Below, in pieces: positions 12,702 through 23,857 of a stretch of DNA of 45,699 nt. Under the pieces are notes generated by a model. The model saw only the letters and a program-made list of their open reading frames with translations. It was not told the DNA's origin and searched no databases. The DNA is taken from positions 1-45,699 of the forward strand of contig MU006042.1 in assembly GCA_010093745.1 (NCBI GenBank). The letters run 5' to 3'. Position 1 is the stretch's first letter. Each line of letters opens with the position of its first letter. This DNA comes from Piedraia hortae CBS 480.64. Lineage: Eukaryota. Both the position numbers and the translations under genes were made by a program.

Positions 12702-12849
12702 TGGTCCGGTATGTATTGTAATTACAATGACATGAACGCTCAACCTGTGTGCATCGCCTTTTACCTGTCCATCGAAATGGATGCCCTCGATGTCTGTTCG
12801 CTTTGAAGCGCGCCCGTTAACCGTTGCTTCCAGAACCGATCCATCCAAA

Positions 12850-14900
12850 CTACCCTGCCATTTCTGACAAATTCGATATCCAACTTCCCTCATAATATGG
12901 AATCTGCGAAGCTATTTGTCGACGCCATTTTCAAATATGGCATCGATGGCAAACCCGTCACTGGTCTTCTGGTACCACACTCTGGCAATGGCATGCTTGG
13001 CTGCTTGGTACTCAGCAAGGGTATGCCGAGTGTACGAGTCCAGGCCATCGTTGAAAAGGAAAGCCCCTTTGAAATAAGCGTGTCCGAAGAAGTGTCGTGT
13101 TTTACTCCGGTCCTGAGCGGCTGAATTGCCTAGCTCGAGGTCGTTGGAGTACATCACGGCGGTCAGCGTGTACTTACACTTGCCAAAGTTGACAACCCGG
13201 ATTGGCTTTTCCACCGTATTCGGCACGCCCACCGCAACATCCAACAGGGAAGGATACGTTACCATATTCCATGGAGCAACGGACCGCCTCCCTTTACAGC
13301 AAATGCATACATCGGACTCCAAGCCTTCTTCAAGCGCCGTGACTGGCGCCTGAGCGAAGTGCCTCGGGAACATTCCATCTGCACGGCTCAACACCACCGA
13401 GGATTGCATTCTCGATGGCTTCCTGCGACACAAACGTTACTCCGAGTCCAGAGATGACGACGGAGGAGTGCCCGCTCCGGATTAGCACTGCTGAGCTCAG
13501 CGCAATACTGGGAAGAGCATTCCGAAACCCAATCGGCCTGGAACTGGGACAGATTAGCCCTTCATTGACCCGCATTCGTTGACAATCCCGATTGGAGCTC
13601 TCCCCAGCTTCCACGTCCACCACTTGAGGCGTGCCTCACGGTAGCGGCCCTCCGTTATCAGTTAGTTTACTTCTCTCAGGGTGGCATCCGAATCCACCTC
13701 GACGAGATTGCACGATTTTGCCAGCAAATGGACGGCCGTCAACGTGGTATCCACGGCGCAAGTATTCCACACCACCAGGTCCCCATGCACTAACTTCCAT
13801 GGGATTCCCGAGCTTCTCCAATTTACCTCCCCGCTAAGCTTTGGCGCCTTGTTCTTACTCCCCTTTGGGCGTCTTGATTTCACCACTCGGACCAGATCTT
13901 CCGTGGTATCTGGAGCTCGGCCATCCTTTTCGACTTTCCGCTTCCTTGCGGATCGTTGGTATCGCAACTGGATGCCTCGCAATGCGGCGTCAAAATCGCG
14001 ATCGACCTGACGAACATGTAATACCAACTATTGCATCGTCCCAACGATGCGCATTTGCTGTTTTGGGGCATGCCGTTGGATTTCATACCCCAGCGAATCC
14101 GGTGCGTTTGTGTTGTCCGTGAGGGACTCAGCCGCATAATCAGACATCATTGCTGGGAAAATGGACTCCCCGCGCTTTGTGTGCCATGCGAGCCAGGCTT
14201 TCAGGCGAGGATATTTCTTATCCAGGCATTCAGACGAGTGTTTTTCTTGCTCAATTGTTGGGTACGAGCACTCAATTCGACTAGGGACTGGCGTTCCTGG
14301 GGCTTTCTGGTCTCGCTCACGAATCGCTCCTCATCCACCGCTGGTACAGGCGTTCTGCTATTGCATTCGCCCCGGGTTACACTTCTCCTACGGTGCAGCT
14401 GTTGTGGATTTGTTTTGCTTTTTGGTTTTCTTTTCGTCAGATGCCAAATTAAGTGGGTCGGACCGAGCAAGAATTAGCGCCAGAGCCTCTGGCACTTCAA
14501 CTGTCGCTCGGGAAAGAGAAGGACGAGCAGTCCGCCGTAATTTCAGCTCCAGTTCTGTTTTCACTGCTCCACATCTCACTAACAGCTCAAAAGTTGGAGA
14601 CATATCCGGCAAATTTGGATGCCCGCCACTCTCTTCATCGAGAGAGTTTGAGAATCTAATTTCGCATAATCCCCCATGAAGATGGTGATTGCTGTTTTCA
14701 GAGACAGTGCAATCCAATTCATTCGGAAATCTCCACTCATTCGATGATCTCCAAAAAGTCGATGAGCACACAATCACCAAATCGTTTCTTAGGTTTTCTT
14801 GAATCGTTTACGTAAAATATCTTGAAGGTGTAGCGTTCAAGTTCGGTGGTGTTCAACTTCTCCGCCTTCCTACGTAACTTCGAGCGCCTGGCGGAGCGCT
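12850..14900 (-). mobile_element. Degenerate Mutator-like (MULE) transposase relic with AT-hook-like motif and C-terminal papain-fold Cys-protease domain (copy 1); boundaries approximate
   Basis: Broken frames contain WLAWHTKRGESIFPA, DNTNAPDSLGYEIQRHAP, DGRAPDTTEDL, RRPKGSKNK, WNTCAVDTTL, YTLTAVMY and RHFF...FLFNDGL. They are collinear with the relic at 23.9-25.1 kb, which carries the DFS..GF and CxxH MULE motifs. Multiple stops and frameshifts. Confidence 0.65.
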
Positions 14901-15189
14901 GGCAGTCCAGAGGTAAAAATCGTCAACTCTGGCCTCGAAGGGCTCGGCTACAGCATCAATGTCATTGTACTGGTCTCGCTAACAGCCGAGGCCTCGACCC
15001 CACTCAACATGCCCCATGACGTTTTTCCTGCTTTTTTCTGTTGAGAAGTCAATCATATGGCGTCATAGATGATTGGCTTGAGCTTCAGGAGTATGGAGTT
15101 CTTCCCGCGACAACCGGCTTTCAGTCTAACTAACTCTACCACTGGAATCCTGCAACCCTTTCAATCATCCTGTAGAAAAGACCAACAAG

Positions 15190-16539
15190 ATGGGAGTTGT
15201 GAAATCAGCACGTCATGAAAGCGAAGACGTCTCTCCTTCCCCTCTTGGGAAGCCTCTCAAGTTTGAATTTTCAGGCGTCTCAGCCCCCAATCGGTTCTTG
15301 AAAGGATCCATGACGGAACGTCAGTCATCATGGGATCCGAAGAAGCTCGAAGCTCGCGGTGTACCCAGCAAGGAACTCATCAACCTCTACCGTCGGTGGG
15401 GCGAGGGCGGTATCGGCAACATCCTTACTGGAAATATCATGATCGAATACGATCAGCTTGAAGCTGCCGGGAACCCAATCATAACAAGAGAATGCGAGCC
15501 TAGTGGGGAGCGGTTTGAACGGTTCAAAGAATTAGCAGCGGCTGCAAAGAAACACGGATCCCTTATCATGGGACAATTGTCACATCCTGGTCGCCAAACT
15601 TCTGAACACCTCCAACCGCATCCCATCTCGGCATCGGATGTGCAGTTGATGGGCAACCCACTGGGCTTGTCCTTTGCAAAACCTCGTCCCGCAACGGAGA
15701 AGGACATTGCACGCGTGATTGATAGCTTTGCCCATGGGGCTCAGTACCTTGAGAAAGCAGGATACGACGGCGTAGAGCTACACGGTGCACATGGCTATCT
15801 ACTTGCACAGTTTCTCTCCCAGACCACGAACAAGAGGACCGATAAATACGGCGGCAGCATCGATAACCGAGCGAGGCTCATCGTTGAGATTGCGCAGGAA
15901 ATCAGGAAGCGTACGCAGCCAAACTTTGTGGTCGGCATCAAGCTGAACTCTGTCGAGTTCCAGGACGGGGGCTTCACGCCCGAAGAGGCAAAGCAGCTGT
16001 GCGGCCTACTTGAGGAGAACCGTGTAGACTTTGTGGAACTGTCCGGCGGGACCTACGAGAAGCTGGCGTTTCTGCACCAAAGGGAGAGCACGCAGAAGCG
16101 TGAAGCATACTTTCTGGAATTCGCCAGCACTCTTACCCCAGCTTTAAAGAAGACTAGGTCTTATCTTACCGGTGGATTCAAAACCGTTGGTGCCATGGTC
16201 CATGCGTTGGACACGGTCGACGGAGTGGGCCTCGCGCGTCCTCTCTGCCAGGAACCGCACCTTTGCGCTGATATCCTGACGGGTAAAGTCAAGGGAGCAA
16301 TCAAGATGGGCGTTGATGAGAATGACTTTGGCCTGACAAATATCATTGCCGGCACGCAGATGAAACAGATTGGCAAGGACAAGGAGCCCATTGACATGAG
16401 CAAGAGTGAGAACGTGGAGGCTTTCAAAAAGGATATGGGCAAATGGATGGAAAAGATGTCCAAGAATACAGAAGGAATCCACTATGGATACGTGGATATC
16501 GAGAGCTCGCAGCCTGTGCCGTATGGCTCGAGCTTGTGA
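15190..16539 (+). CDS. NADH:flavin oxidoreductase / Old Yellow Enzyme family
   Basis: 449-aa intronless ORF with APNRFLKGSMTE, QLSHPGRQ, GYDGVELHGAHGYLLAQFLS, NKRTDKYGGS, DFVELSGGTYE and GLARP. Confidence 0.92.
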   Translation: MGVVKSARHESEDVSPSPLGKPLKFEFSGVSAPNRFLKGSMTERQSSWDPKKLEARGVPSKELINLYRRWGEGGIGNILTGNIMIEYDQLEAAGNPIITRECEPSGERFERFKELAAAAKKHGSLIMGQLSHPGRQTSEHLQPHPISASDVQLMGNPLGLSFAKPRPATEKDIARVIDSFAHGAQYLEKAGYDGVELHGAHGYLLAQFLSQTTNKRTDKYGGSIDNRARLIVEIAQEIRKRTQPNFVVGIKLNSVEFQDGGFTPEEAKQLCGLLEENRVDFVELSGGTYEKLAFLHQRESTQKREAYFLEFASTLTPALKKTRSYLTGGFKTVGAMVHALDTVDGVGLARPLCQEPHLCADILTGKVKGAIKMGVDENDFGLTNIIAGTQMKQIGKDKEPIDMSKSENVEAFKKDMGKWMEKMSKNTEGIHYGYVDIESSQPVPYGSSL

Positions 16540-16657
16540 TTGTACATAAATTGTGATGAATGACAAACCATTTCACAATGATCAAACATTTCCTTGTTTC
16601 GATTTGTCGTGCGGATGACAGTTGACGTGTGCACCTCGGCGCCTCTTTTATATCTAC

Positions 16658-16791
16658 TGATAAGCCCCTTTGGCGTGGGCTTTATCATGCGCCGGTGCCA
16701 CGTGTCACACTCGTCACCTTTGCTGCAAGAGACATGTCTTGGATACGTACAGGGCGCCTGACTGTGGCAAGCGTCAGAACGGTGAAGATAA
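16658..16791. promoter_or_regulatory. Three HGATAR (AreA/NIT2-type GATA) motifs upstream of the aspartic protease
   Basis: TGATAA at 16658, TTATCA at 16682 and AGATAA at 16786. Function is inferred only. Confidence 0.35.
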
Positions 16792-16912
16792 TGAAAATGT
16801 GGCGGGTGAACGTGGCTGCGTGATGCGTAGAGTGTAGAAACAGAAGTGTGACTCAATGTTTTTTTTCTCTCAGATATAAGGCGGTTCTGGTCCTTCGTAT
16901 GGGCCATCAAAC

Positions 16913-18282
16913 ATGACTACAAAACTCGCTCGTGGTACTCTTCATCGTAACCCCAATTACACCAGACATGGACGGAAGTCCTATGTCCATGCCCTGTGGA
17001 AGTGGAATATCACTCCCACTGTTGAGGGTCCCTTCTGCCGCATTGCCAAGGTCCACCAGACTGGATCCATAGGCATGCAGCAGAAGTTTGGTGCCAAGAT
17101 TGGAGGGAAGGCGTTGGCGCATCATCATGTCCTTGCCATGAAGGACGCCAATGGCAAAGTTGGTGATATTCCGGTATGTTTTGAAAGCTTTTTTGATCAA
17201 TCCCCAACTAATGGTTATTCCAGGCGGAAGATGTTGAGAACCAGGCAGAATATCTTGCAGTTGTGTCGATCGGAACTCCGGCGCAGAAATTGTCTCTTGA
17301 CTTTGACACTGGCTCGTCCGACCTCTGGGTCTTCAGCACAAAGCTGCCAAGCTCCACCCTTTCGTCCACGAGCAGCAAGCACACCATTTTTGACCCATCC
17401 AAGTCATCCACCTGGGCCGACATGAAAGGCAGCACCTGGGAGATCAGCTACGGTGATGGCAGCACCGCATCGGGAGTTGTCGGCACCGACAAGCTTGACA
17501 TGGGTGGACTGGTGATTCCCAAGCAAGCTATCGAGCTCGCAAATAAGCTGTCTGATTCGTTCGCCCAAGGTCCCGGTGACGGATTGCTCGGGCTAGCTTG
17601 GCCGTCTATCAACACTGTGAAGCCAGAGCCGGTGGCCACACCCGTGGAGAATATGATTTCGACTCCCACCATCCCCAAGGATCAGGAGCTTTTCACCGCT
17701 TGTCTCCGCGACACTTCCGATGAGAGCTTCTACACGTTCGGCTACATTGACGAGACGGCTCTTGGCGGCCAGCAGCCCACGTACGTCGATGTCAACAACT
17801 CCAACGGATTCTGGGAGTTTACCACCGGTGATGTGACGGTTGGGGATAAGACCCTCAAGAACACCAACCCGACGGCCATTGCCGACACGGGAACGACTCT
17901 CTGCCTCATGAATGATGCCACGTGCAAGGAAATTTACGCTCAGATCGAGGGAGCCCAGGAGAGCTCCACGCAGCAGGGCTGGGTGTTCCCCACGAGCGCA
18001 ACCATACCTCAAATCGGTCTGCAGCTTGGCAACAAGACGTTCTACATCACCGAGCAGGCCATGAAGTTCCAGGACCTCGGCGACGGAACGTACTATGGCG
18101 GCATCCAGTCTGTTGGCGACTTGGGCATGGATATCTGGGGAGATGTCTGGCTCCGCGGTGTGTATGCCATTTTCGACCAAGGAAATATGCGCTTTGGCGT
18201 GACGCAGGGCACTTCCAGTGGTTCTTCCATCGATCAGAGCGGCTCCACCACCGCCAAGCATAAGAAGAAGCCCAGCCTGTAA
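16913..18282 (+). CDS. Pepsin-family (A1, aspergillopepsin-like) aspartic protease lacking a signal peptide, 439 aa, 2 exons
   Basis: Exons 16913-17173 and 17224-18282 (intron GTATGT..CTAAT..CAG, 50 nt). Both catalytic motifs DFDTGSSD and IADTGTT are present, plus the flap ISYGDGS, GLLGL and IWGDVWL. Confidence 0.92.
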
Positions 18283-18291
18283 GCAATAGTG

Positions 18292-19002
18292 TCATAGCTT
18301 TCCAGTATCCCCTAAACTCACACCAAGCAATTCTTCCAACTCTTTAACAGCCTCCTCCGTCTTCCCCAAAGTAACCTTGATAGTCCTCATTCCCAATTTC
18401 CTCGCAGCCTTGAGATTACTCCCAATATCGTCCAGAAACACCACCTCATGCATCTCCACATCCCTTCCTAGAAGCTCACCCACCTTCCCCACCGCGAATC
18501 GAAACATCCTCTCCTCCGGTTTCCGCATGCCCACATCAGCCGACGCAACAAAAACATCAAAGAGACCCTCTAATCTCGCGTCCCTCCCCTTAGCCCCCTC
18601 GCGTGACGGCGCAGTCGTATTCGACAACGCAGCAATCACAAACCCCTTTGCATCCGCGACGCGTCTCAACCTCTTCAGTGCAGGAAAAATATGAGGATCT
18701 GTCTCCCTCGCTGCGTCCATCATGCTTCTAAACAAATCCTCCCCATCAATCTTTGCATTCCCTTTGCCGTCCTCATTCGCTTTGATGTAGAGTGATGTAA
18801 CCTCTTCACCGAATGATATAAACCAGGTTTTCGTAATGAAGAGCTCTCCCCGCTCAGCTGCCCGCCAGGTTTCTGAGGCGGCGATGGCGCGGTTGAGGGA
18901 AGTGTTAGAGAGATTGTGTCGCTCCGCGAAACGTGCGATCCCGCGGAAGGGGGACGAGAAAACTACGCCGCCGAGGTCGAAGAGGATTACTTTGGAGGGC
19001 AT
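18292..19002 (-). CDS. HAD-superfamily hydrolase (sEH N-terminal / ACAD10 phosphatase-like)
   Basis: 236 aa with motif I ILFDLGGV, motif II ALSNT, motif III GMRKP and motif IV FLDDIGSNL. Ends in GKL. Confidence 0.88.
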   Translation of the reverse strand: MPSKVILFDLGGVVFSSPFRGIARFAERHNLSNTSLNRAIAASETWRAAERGELFITKTWFISFGEEVTSLYIKANEDGKGNAKIDGEDLFRSMMDAARETDPHIFPALKRLRRVADAKGFVIAALSNTTAPSREGAKGRDARLEGLFDVFVASADVGMRKPEERMFRFAVGKVGELLGRDVEMHEVVFLDDIGSNLKAARKLGMRTIKVTLGKTEEAVKELEELLGVSLGDTGKL

Positions 19003-19312
19003 TTTTGTGTTCGTGAAGGGTGTGGATGTCCCATGGAGGTTGTGGGGATAAGCCGAGGTTGGCGTTTTGGGTTCGAGGAGGGATCATCAACTCTTTCGTT
19101 GGATGTGAAATCCAGCTGGGGTTCTGGTTCGAGTATCTATAGCTCAAGGGAATGGTTGGTTAGACGGAAAAAGTGGGAAAATTTCTAACGAACTTTCAAA
19201 ACCTGGGATGGACCTTGTGAAGGGATTTGGAAAAAGTTCTGCTTCTTGACGCCAAACAAGCAGCTTGGCATCGCAATTCAAGAGTTGGGTATCTGTTTTT
19301 GTACATGAGCCC

Positions 19313-20584
19313 TTATTCCTCACTGCTATCAGAACAAGTCAAAGTCGCCAGCGGTACATCGACCTTCTTCCAGGCAGGAATCTTGCCCTTCTTCTCCCAA
19401 CACACGATGAACCCCTTCTCTGAAAGTGCCCCAAACACACCTTTCCTTATCCCACCCTCCATCACTTCCTGATCTCCTTCCTCACCCGCAACCCCAAAAC
19501 GCAACCCCTCCTCCAAACACACACCCTTCCTCTCCACTGCCGTATAAAACGAAATAGCATCATCAGGCTTCACAACCTCCCCATGCACCGGATCCGGATC
19601 CAGACTTAACAATCCTCTTTTCGCACCCCACCCTCCACCCCCCGAAACGACCCTCACCAACTTCACATCATCACTCAACGCAAACGGCGAGCTAGCCTTG
19701 ATATCAATATGCTCAGTCCCCAAATACTTTTGCGGATAAATCAGCGCCCACACCCCACCCTCCACACCACCTCTCTTCTGCACCTCCGCCTCCAACTCCA
19801 AACTAGCAGGAACCTCCTTTCCCCCATCCGGCACAACAACCGTCCGAAGGATATTCCCCCAACACTCCGTCACGGTCCGCCAAGGCGTGAGCTTCTCCAG
19901 GGGCAGATACGTCCGCGGAATATCTGGCACTGTTATTCCAACCTCCACTGATGGCCACACGGCCATGGGATGGTAGGGGAGGAAGGAGAGGAGGGTATGT
20001 TCCATTGCGGTGGTGAATAACGTCTCCGTTAGGGGGAGGGAGGCTTTTACGTGTGATGGGATGGGTTGGCAGCCTTTTGCAGTTATTGAGAAGGTTATTC
20101 GTCCGGGGGTGGCTTTGTCTTGTGGGGGTTGGATCGCTTCACTTGGGAAGAGGTATCCGATTCCTTCGCAGCCGTGTTGGGTTAGGGGGAGGGCATCAAC
20201 CACTGCAGCGATGATGGGGGAGCTGCGTAGCGTTGCTTCGTGGGAGAGGTGGGTTTGGATTTGAGGGGATATTAACTCCGCGGCGTGAGATTTTGTTACT
20301 AGGAGGAGGGTTGGGGATTTGCGGAGAGGAACTTTGTGTAAAATGTGGGTGAGGGGTATGTTTTTGTTGGAGGGGATTATGCCCATTTGCTTCTCGGGTG
20401 GAAGGGCGAGGGGCTTCCATCTTGGTGTTGTGGTGGGTTTTGGAATTCGGGGCATGGTGGGTGGGATACAGAGGCCAGCATTTCGAACATCGGAACTTTC
20501 CGTCTCTCCCGGAGTTATTTCCGCCCACGTATGTGGTCCTGTTTCGGCTTTGTTACCGCTTATGTAAGCTTTAAATAACCTCAT
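19313..20584 (-). CDS. Conserved fungal hypothetical protein (possibly FIST-C-like); true start uncertain
   Basis: 423-aa ORF with AAVVD, LPLTETLFTT, LTPWRTVTECWGNILR, VPASLELE and RVVSGGGGWGAKRGLLSLDP, a motif set I recognise from uncharacterised fungal proteins. Function not established. Confidence 0.6.
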   Translation of the reverse strand: MRLFKAYISGNKAETGPHTWAEITPGETESSDVRNAGLCIPPTMPRIPKPTTTPRWKPLALPPEKQMGIIPSNKNIPLTHILHKVPLRKSPTLLLVTKSHAAELISPQIQTHLSHEATLRSSPIIAAVVDALPLTQHGCEGIGYLFPSEAIQPPQDKATPGRITFSITAKGCQPIPSHVKASLPLTETLFTTAMEHTLLSFLPYHPMAVWPSVEVGITVPDIPRTYLPLEKLTPWRTVTECWGNILRTVVVPDGGKEVPASLELEAEVQKRGGVEGGVWALIYPQKYLGTEHIDIKASSPFALSDDVKLVRVVSGGGGWGAKRGLLSLDPDPVHGEVVKPDDAISFYTAVERKGVCLEEGLRFGVAGEEGDQEVMEGGIRKGVFGALSEKGFIVCWEKKGKIPAWKKVDVPLATLTCSDSSEE

Positions 20585-20802
20585 TCGGCACCCGAACGCG
20601 TTTGTTATGACACTCTAGCCTTATAGCTTTTTAGTAAGCGGCCGGAAACAATTCCGAGACGGAGAGTTCCGTTATATTGTGCAATCACATATCCCACTTG
20701 GACGTGTGATGGCACGGACTTTAGTTGAAGTTGGGGTTCAATTGGCGGCCGCTAGCCCGCTTTGACATCTTGCATTCGAACTTTTTGATTTTCGTGCACA
20801 CA

Positions 20803-21402
20803 ATGAAGCGAAAACATGTAGAAGAAGAACTAGTATTTGACCCCAAGGCTCGCGAAGAATACTTGACTGGGTTTCATGCGCGGAAGCAGGCGCGCATCCG
20901 TAAGGCAAAGGAACTCGCGGTGCAAAGAGCAAAAGAGCAGAGAGTTCTGGATAGGAGGAGGGTAAGTGCACTAATTTGAATGACTTATGTCACAGATTAA
21001 TTTTGCTAGCTGAGGGAACAACGCAATGAAGAGCTGAAATCGCATCTTGCCCAAGCGGAATCAGAGAAAGACGACAAAGATAAAGAGTGGAATGGTCTCG
21101 ATGACGATGAGCCCAGAGAAGACGAATACGTTGACGAAGAAAACTATACAACCGTCACCGTTGAGCCTATCTCATTACGAGATGACGACGACGAAGAAGG
21201 GGAGAAAGACCGTTCTGAAAAAGTTCCTCTAGAAGGCTCTCCAGGAACCGAGAAGCAGACTACTACTTCAACTCGAAAACGGAAAAAGCGAAACTTTGCC
21301 TATGAGAGCAAAGCAGAACGTCAGAAAACTCACTCTGCACAGAAGAAAAAGAGCAGAGCAGCAAAGGCGAGGAGAGCAAATAGAGTAAAAAAGGGCAACT
21401 GA
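20803..21402 (+). CDS. RRP17: rRNA-processing protein Rrp17 / Nol12 (Nop25 family), 183 aa, 2 exons
   Basis: Exons 20803-20961 and 21010-21402. Motifs LVFDPKAREEYLTGFHARKQAR, EDEYVDEENYTTVTVE and KKRNFAYESKAER. Confidence 0.9.
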
Positions 21403-21472
21403 GGCGCCCAATGTCATCTGTTATCCCCATTTCTACGCCCGCAAGAAAAGCTCAAACAGTCCAAACGTCTGA

Positions 21473-22049
21473 TTAGATGTTGCCAACCTCGTTGACAAAG
21501 TCTTCGAGCTCCTTCTTGGTGTCGTTGTACTTCTTGGCCATTTCTTCATACTTCTTCTCCCACTGGTCCGCCGCCTGCTCGAGCGCCTGCACCTTGCGTT
21601 CAAAGTGGCCGGCCTTGACGTCGGTCTGTCGGAGTCTGTGACTGTCAGCAGTGTCCAACAGCGCGCTTGACAACGCTCACTTCTCGTTTGTCTCGCGAAG
21701 ATTCTTGTCGGCCTCTTCGGCCTCTTCCTCCAGCAGCTGTAGACGTCGCTGTAGCGTTTCGTTCTGGGTGCCGTGCTGTGCAGATTCATCGGCAGCCGCC
21801 TTGGCGTCGCTGTGCATCTTCTCCAGCTTCTCAACTTCTTGCTCTAACATCGAGTTCTTGTGCTGCAGCGATGTGATCTCTTGCTCCTTTTGCAGATTCT
21901 CCTGCTCTAGATGCTTCACCTTGGCCTGCAACTCGTCGACCTTCGCAGCAGACTCATCGGCCTCGATACGGAGGGCATTCATGCGCTAGGCTGTTAGAGC
22001 TGTCATATCACGATAAGACGGGATCCATTACCTTCTTGATGGCATCCAT
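21473..22049 (-). CDS. TPM1: Tropomyosin, 161 aa, 3 exons
   Basis: Exons 22049-22032, 21985-21681, 21635-21473 give MDAIKK-RMNALRIEAD...LQRRLQLLEEEAEEADKNLRETNEK-LRQTDVKAGHFERKV, a continuous coiled coil. Confidence 0.95.
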
Positions 22050-22178
22050 GGTGAGCGAGTTGACAATGAGCAGTGCAGTAGTGCAGATTCAACCGCGATG
22101 AGGCTAGCGTGTGGGGCGTTGCGGGGCCTCCCTAAGCGATTTCCGAACTAGGTTTAGTCACAACAATGACTCCCCACA

Positions 22179-22210
22179 ACGCGTCGTCACATCCGACACG
22201 TCCGACACGT
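22179..22210. promoter_or_regulatory. MCB element (ACGCGT) plus 9-bp tandem (TCCGACACG)x2 in the divergent tropomyosin/securin promoter
   Basis: ACGCGT at 22179-22184, 73 bp before the securin ATG, and the tandem at 22192-22209. Budding-yeast securin PDS1 is G1/S (MBF) regulated; function here is inferred. Confidence 0.4.
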
Positions 22211-22256
22211 CAGTCTGCTATCAAATCGTGTCAGGTTCCGTCACTCACCTGCCAAC

Positions 22257-23340
22257 ATGTTCGTGGCCAGAAATAACGAAAATGCTATCTACGAGCAGCA
22301 GACTGCCATCGCTGCCAAAGGCGGGCTGGAGCTGGCTCCTAAGACGCCTGGAAAATCGCTCAAGACGGACGAGAACGCAAAGACTTTAGCCGGGAAAGTG
22401 GGCGGAAAGAATGACTTCAAGACCCCTGCCCGTGAGTGCATCATCGCGCTTGAAGTGGCGCCAGACTGACCAGACAGAAACGCGAACAAGAGCGCCATTG
22501 GGGGTCAAGACGACCAATGCAAAGATGACGGCTTTCGCAACGCCCGCGCCTGAAAAAGGCAATTTCCAGCGCTCATCCATCAGCCCCCGCCTGCGTCGCC
22601 CAAGAGTCAAACCGCAGGCTGTCGCCGACCCTCTTGGAGCCGATGAGAATGTGCCCGAGGTGGAGTACATGGCTCCCAGAGGTATCCCGCTGCCGGATGA
22701 GCCCCAAGAATGGCCTCGCGATCGCAAATATCCACAATTTGAAGGAAAGAACCTGACCAGAGGCATCTTTGACCGCGACTCCGCTGGAGAAGACGAGGAA
22801 CTTAGCGACTTTGAGGAGAAACTGCGCGCCATTGATGCCAGGCGCAAAAAATCTGTTGCGACCAAGGCCAAGCCTGTTGGTACTGTTGTCGCTAAACGCG
22901 CTGCGTCTTCCTTGGCCAACGTGGAATCGAAATTGATAAACCGCGGACCCAGTTTTGCCGCTCCCACAGCCGCTACAAAGTCTCGTTTCCTAGCCGGGGT
23001 AAAGAAGGATGCTCCTATCAACGATGCTCGCACAGCAAATGCTCGCCATGTCGTCGCTAAAGCGGCATCCAACACCACACTGGGCTACAGCAAAGGTCGC
23101 GCCATTCGTGGCGCTACTCGTCCTTCCACACGCAACAATTCTGTTAGTTCCATCGGCAAGGAAAACATCAGTCCAGCGCGCAGAGACGATCTGATCGGTG
23201 GCAGCAGCACGCTGGACAATTTGTTCAATCTCGGCCCCGTCAACGAAGCCGATGAGGACGAGCTCTTCGGTACAACTGCGGACAGCGGCGAGGATTACAT
23301 GGCTGATTTTCAGCTGTCTACCGGAAATGGCGCACTGTAA
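22257..23340 (+). CDS. Securin (separase inhibitor)-like protein, 345 aa, 2 exons
   Basis: Exons 22257-22431 and 22478-23340 (intron GTGAGT..CTGAC..CAG, 46 nt). D-box RAPLGVKTTN, CDK sites (KTP, TP, SP), the separase pseudosubstrate-like EVEYMAP..LPD, and a KEN motif. Confidence 0.75.
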
Positions 23341-23556
23341 AAGTGCCTCTGATTCACAAAATCTTGTCTTCTTTGCTCTGGCATAGCGTAGCGTTGAGAA
23401 TCATTCAGAGAGTTGTAGGCTAAACATGAAAAGATGAACATTCGCCAATCACAAAATAAAACTAATTTCGCAGCAGCAACGGTGCGGTGTGTGCCAAGAC
23501 CGAATAGATGAGTAATCTCACAAAACCCACTGAGATTTCGCTGTAATTCTACTGCA

Positions 23557-23632
23557 GGCTGGGGTTCCAGGCTGCAACCCCAGCCAGGAACCGGTACCGG
23601 GACTTCCAGTACCGGTCACAACTGGGCTGGGG
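23557..23632. repeat. Two adjacent GC-rich inverted repeats (possible transposon terminal structure)
   Basis: GGCTGGGGTT(23557-66)/AACCCCAGCC(23576-85) and ACCGGTAC(23590-97)/GTACCGGT(23609-16). GGCTGGGG recurs at about 23625. The structure lies about 230 bp 5' of MULE relic copy 2. Confidence 0.7.
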
Positions 23633-23857
23633 ACACGACTCAAAAGTTGACCCCGTGCTCAACGTGATGCAAGAGTAGATGTCCTTTCCACACTAATTTG
23701 GCCTGCAAAACTAGGCCCTGTACTCAAGAACACATGGAGATTTGTGCATGTGCCCTGATAAACAAAGCCTGTTTATAACATTATTTCGGGCCTTGTAATT
23801 CCAGCCGCATCCCATTGCAGCGTCGATTATTCATTTTATTCACATCTTTCTGAAAAG

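Noticed and set aside
12912..13760. Ulp1/C48 identity for the transposon-associated protease
   Set aside because: The catalytic order is Cys, then His, then Asp, and no QxNxxDCG motif is present. Ulp1 has His-Asp-Cys.
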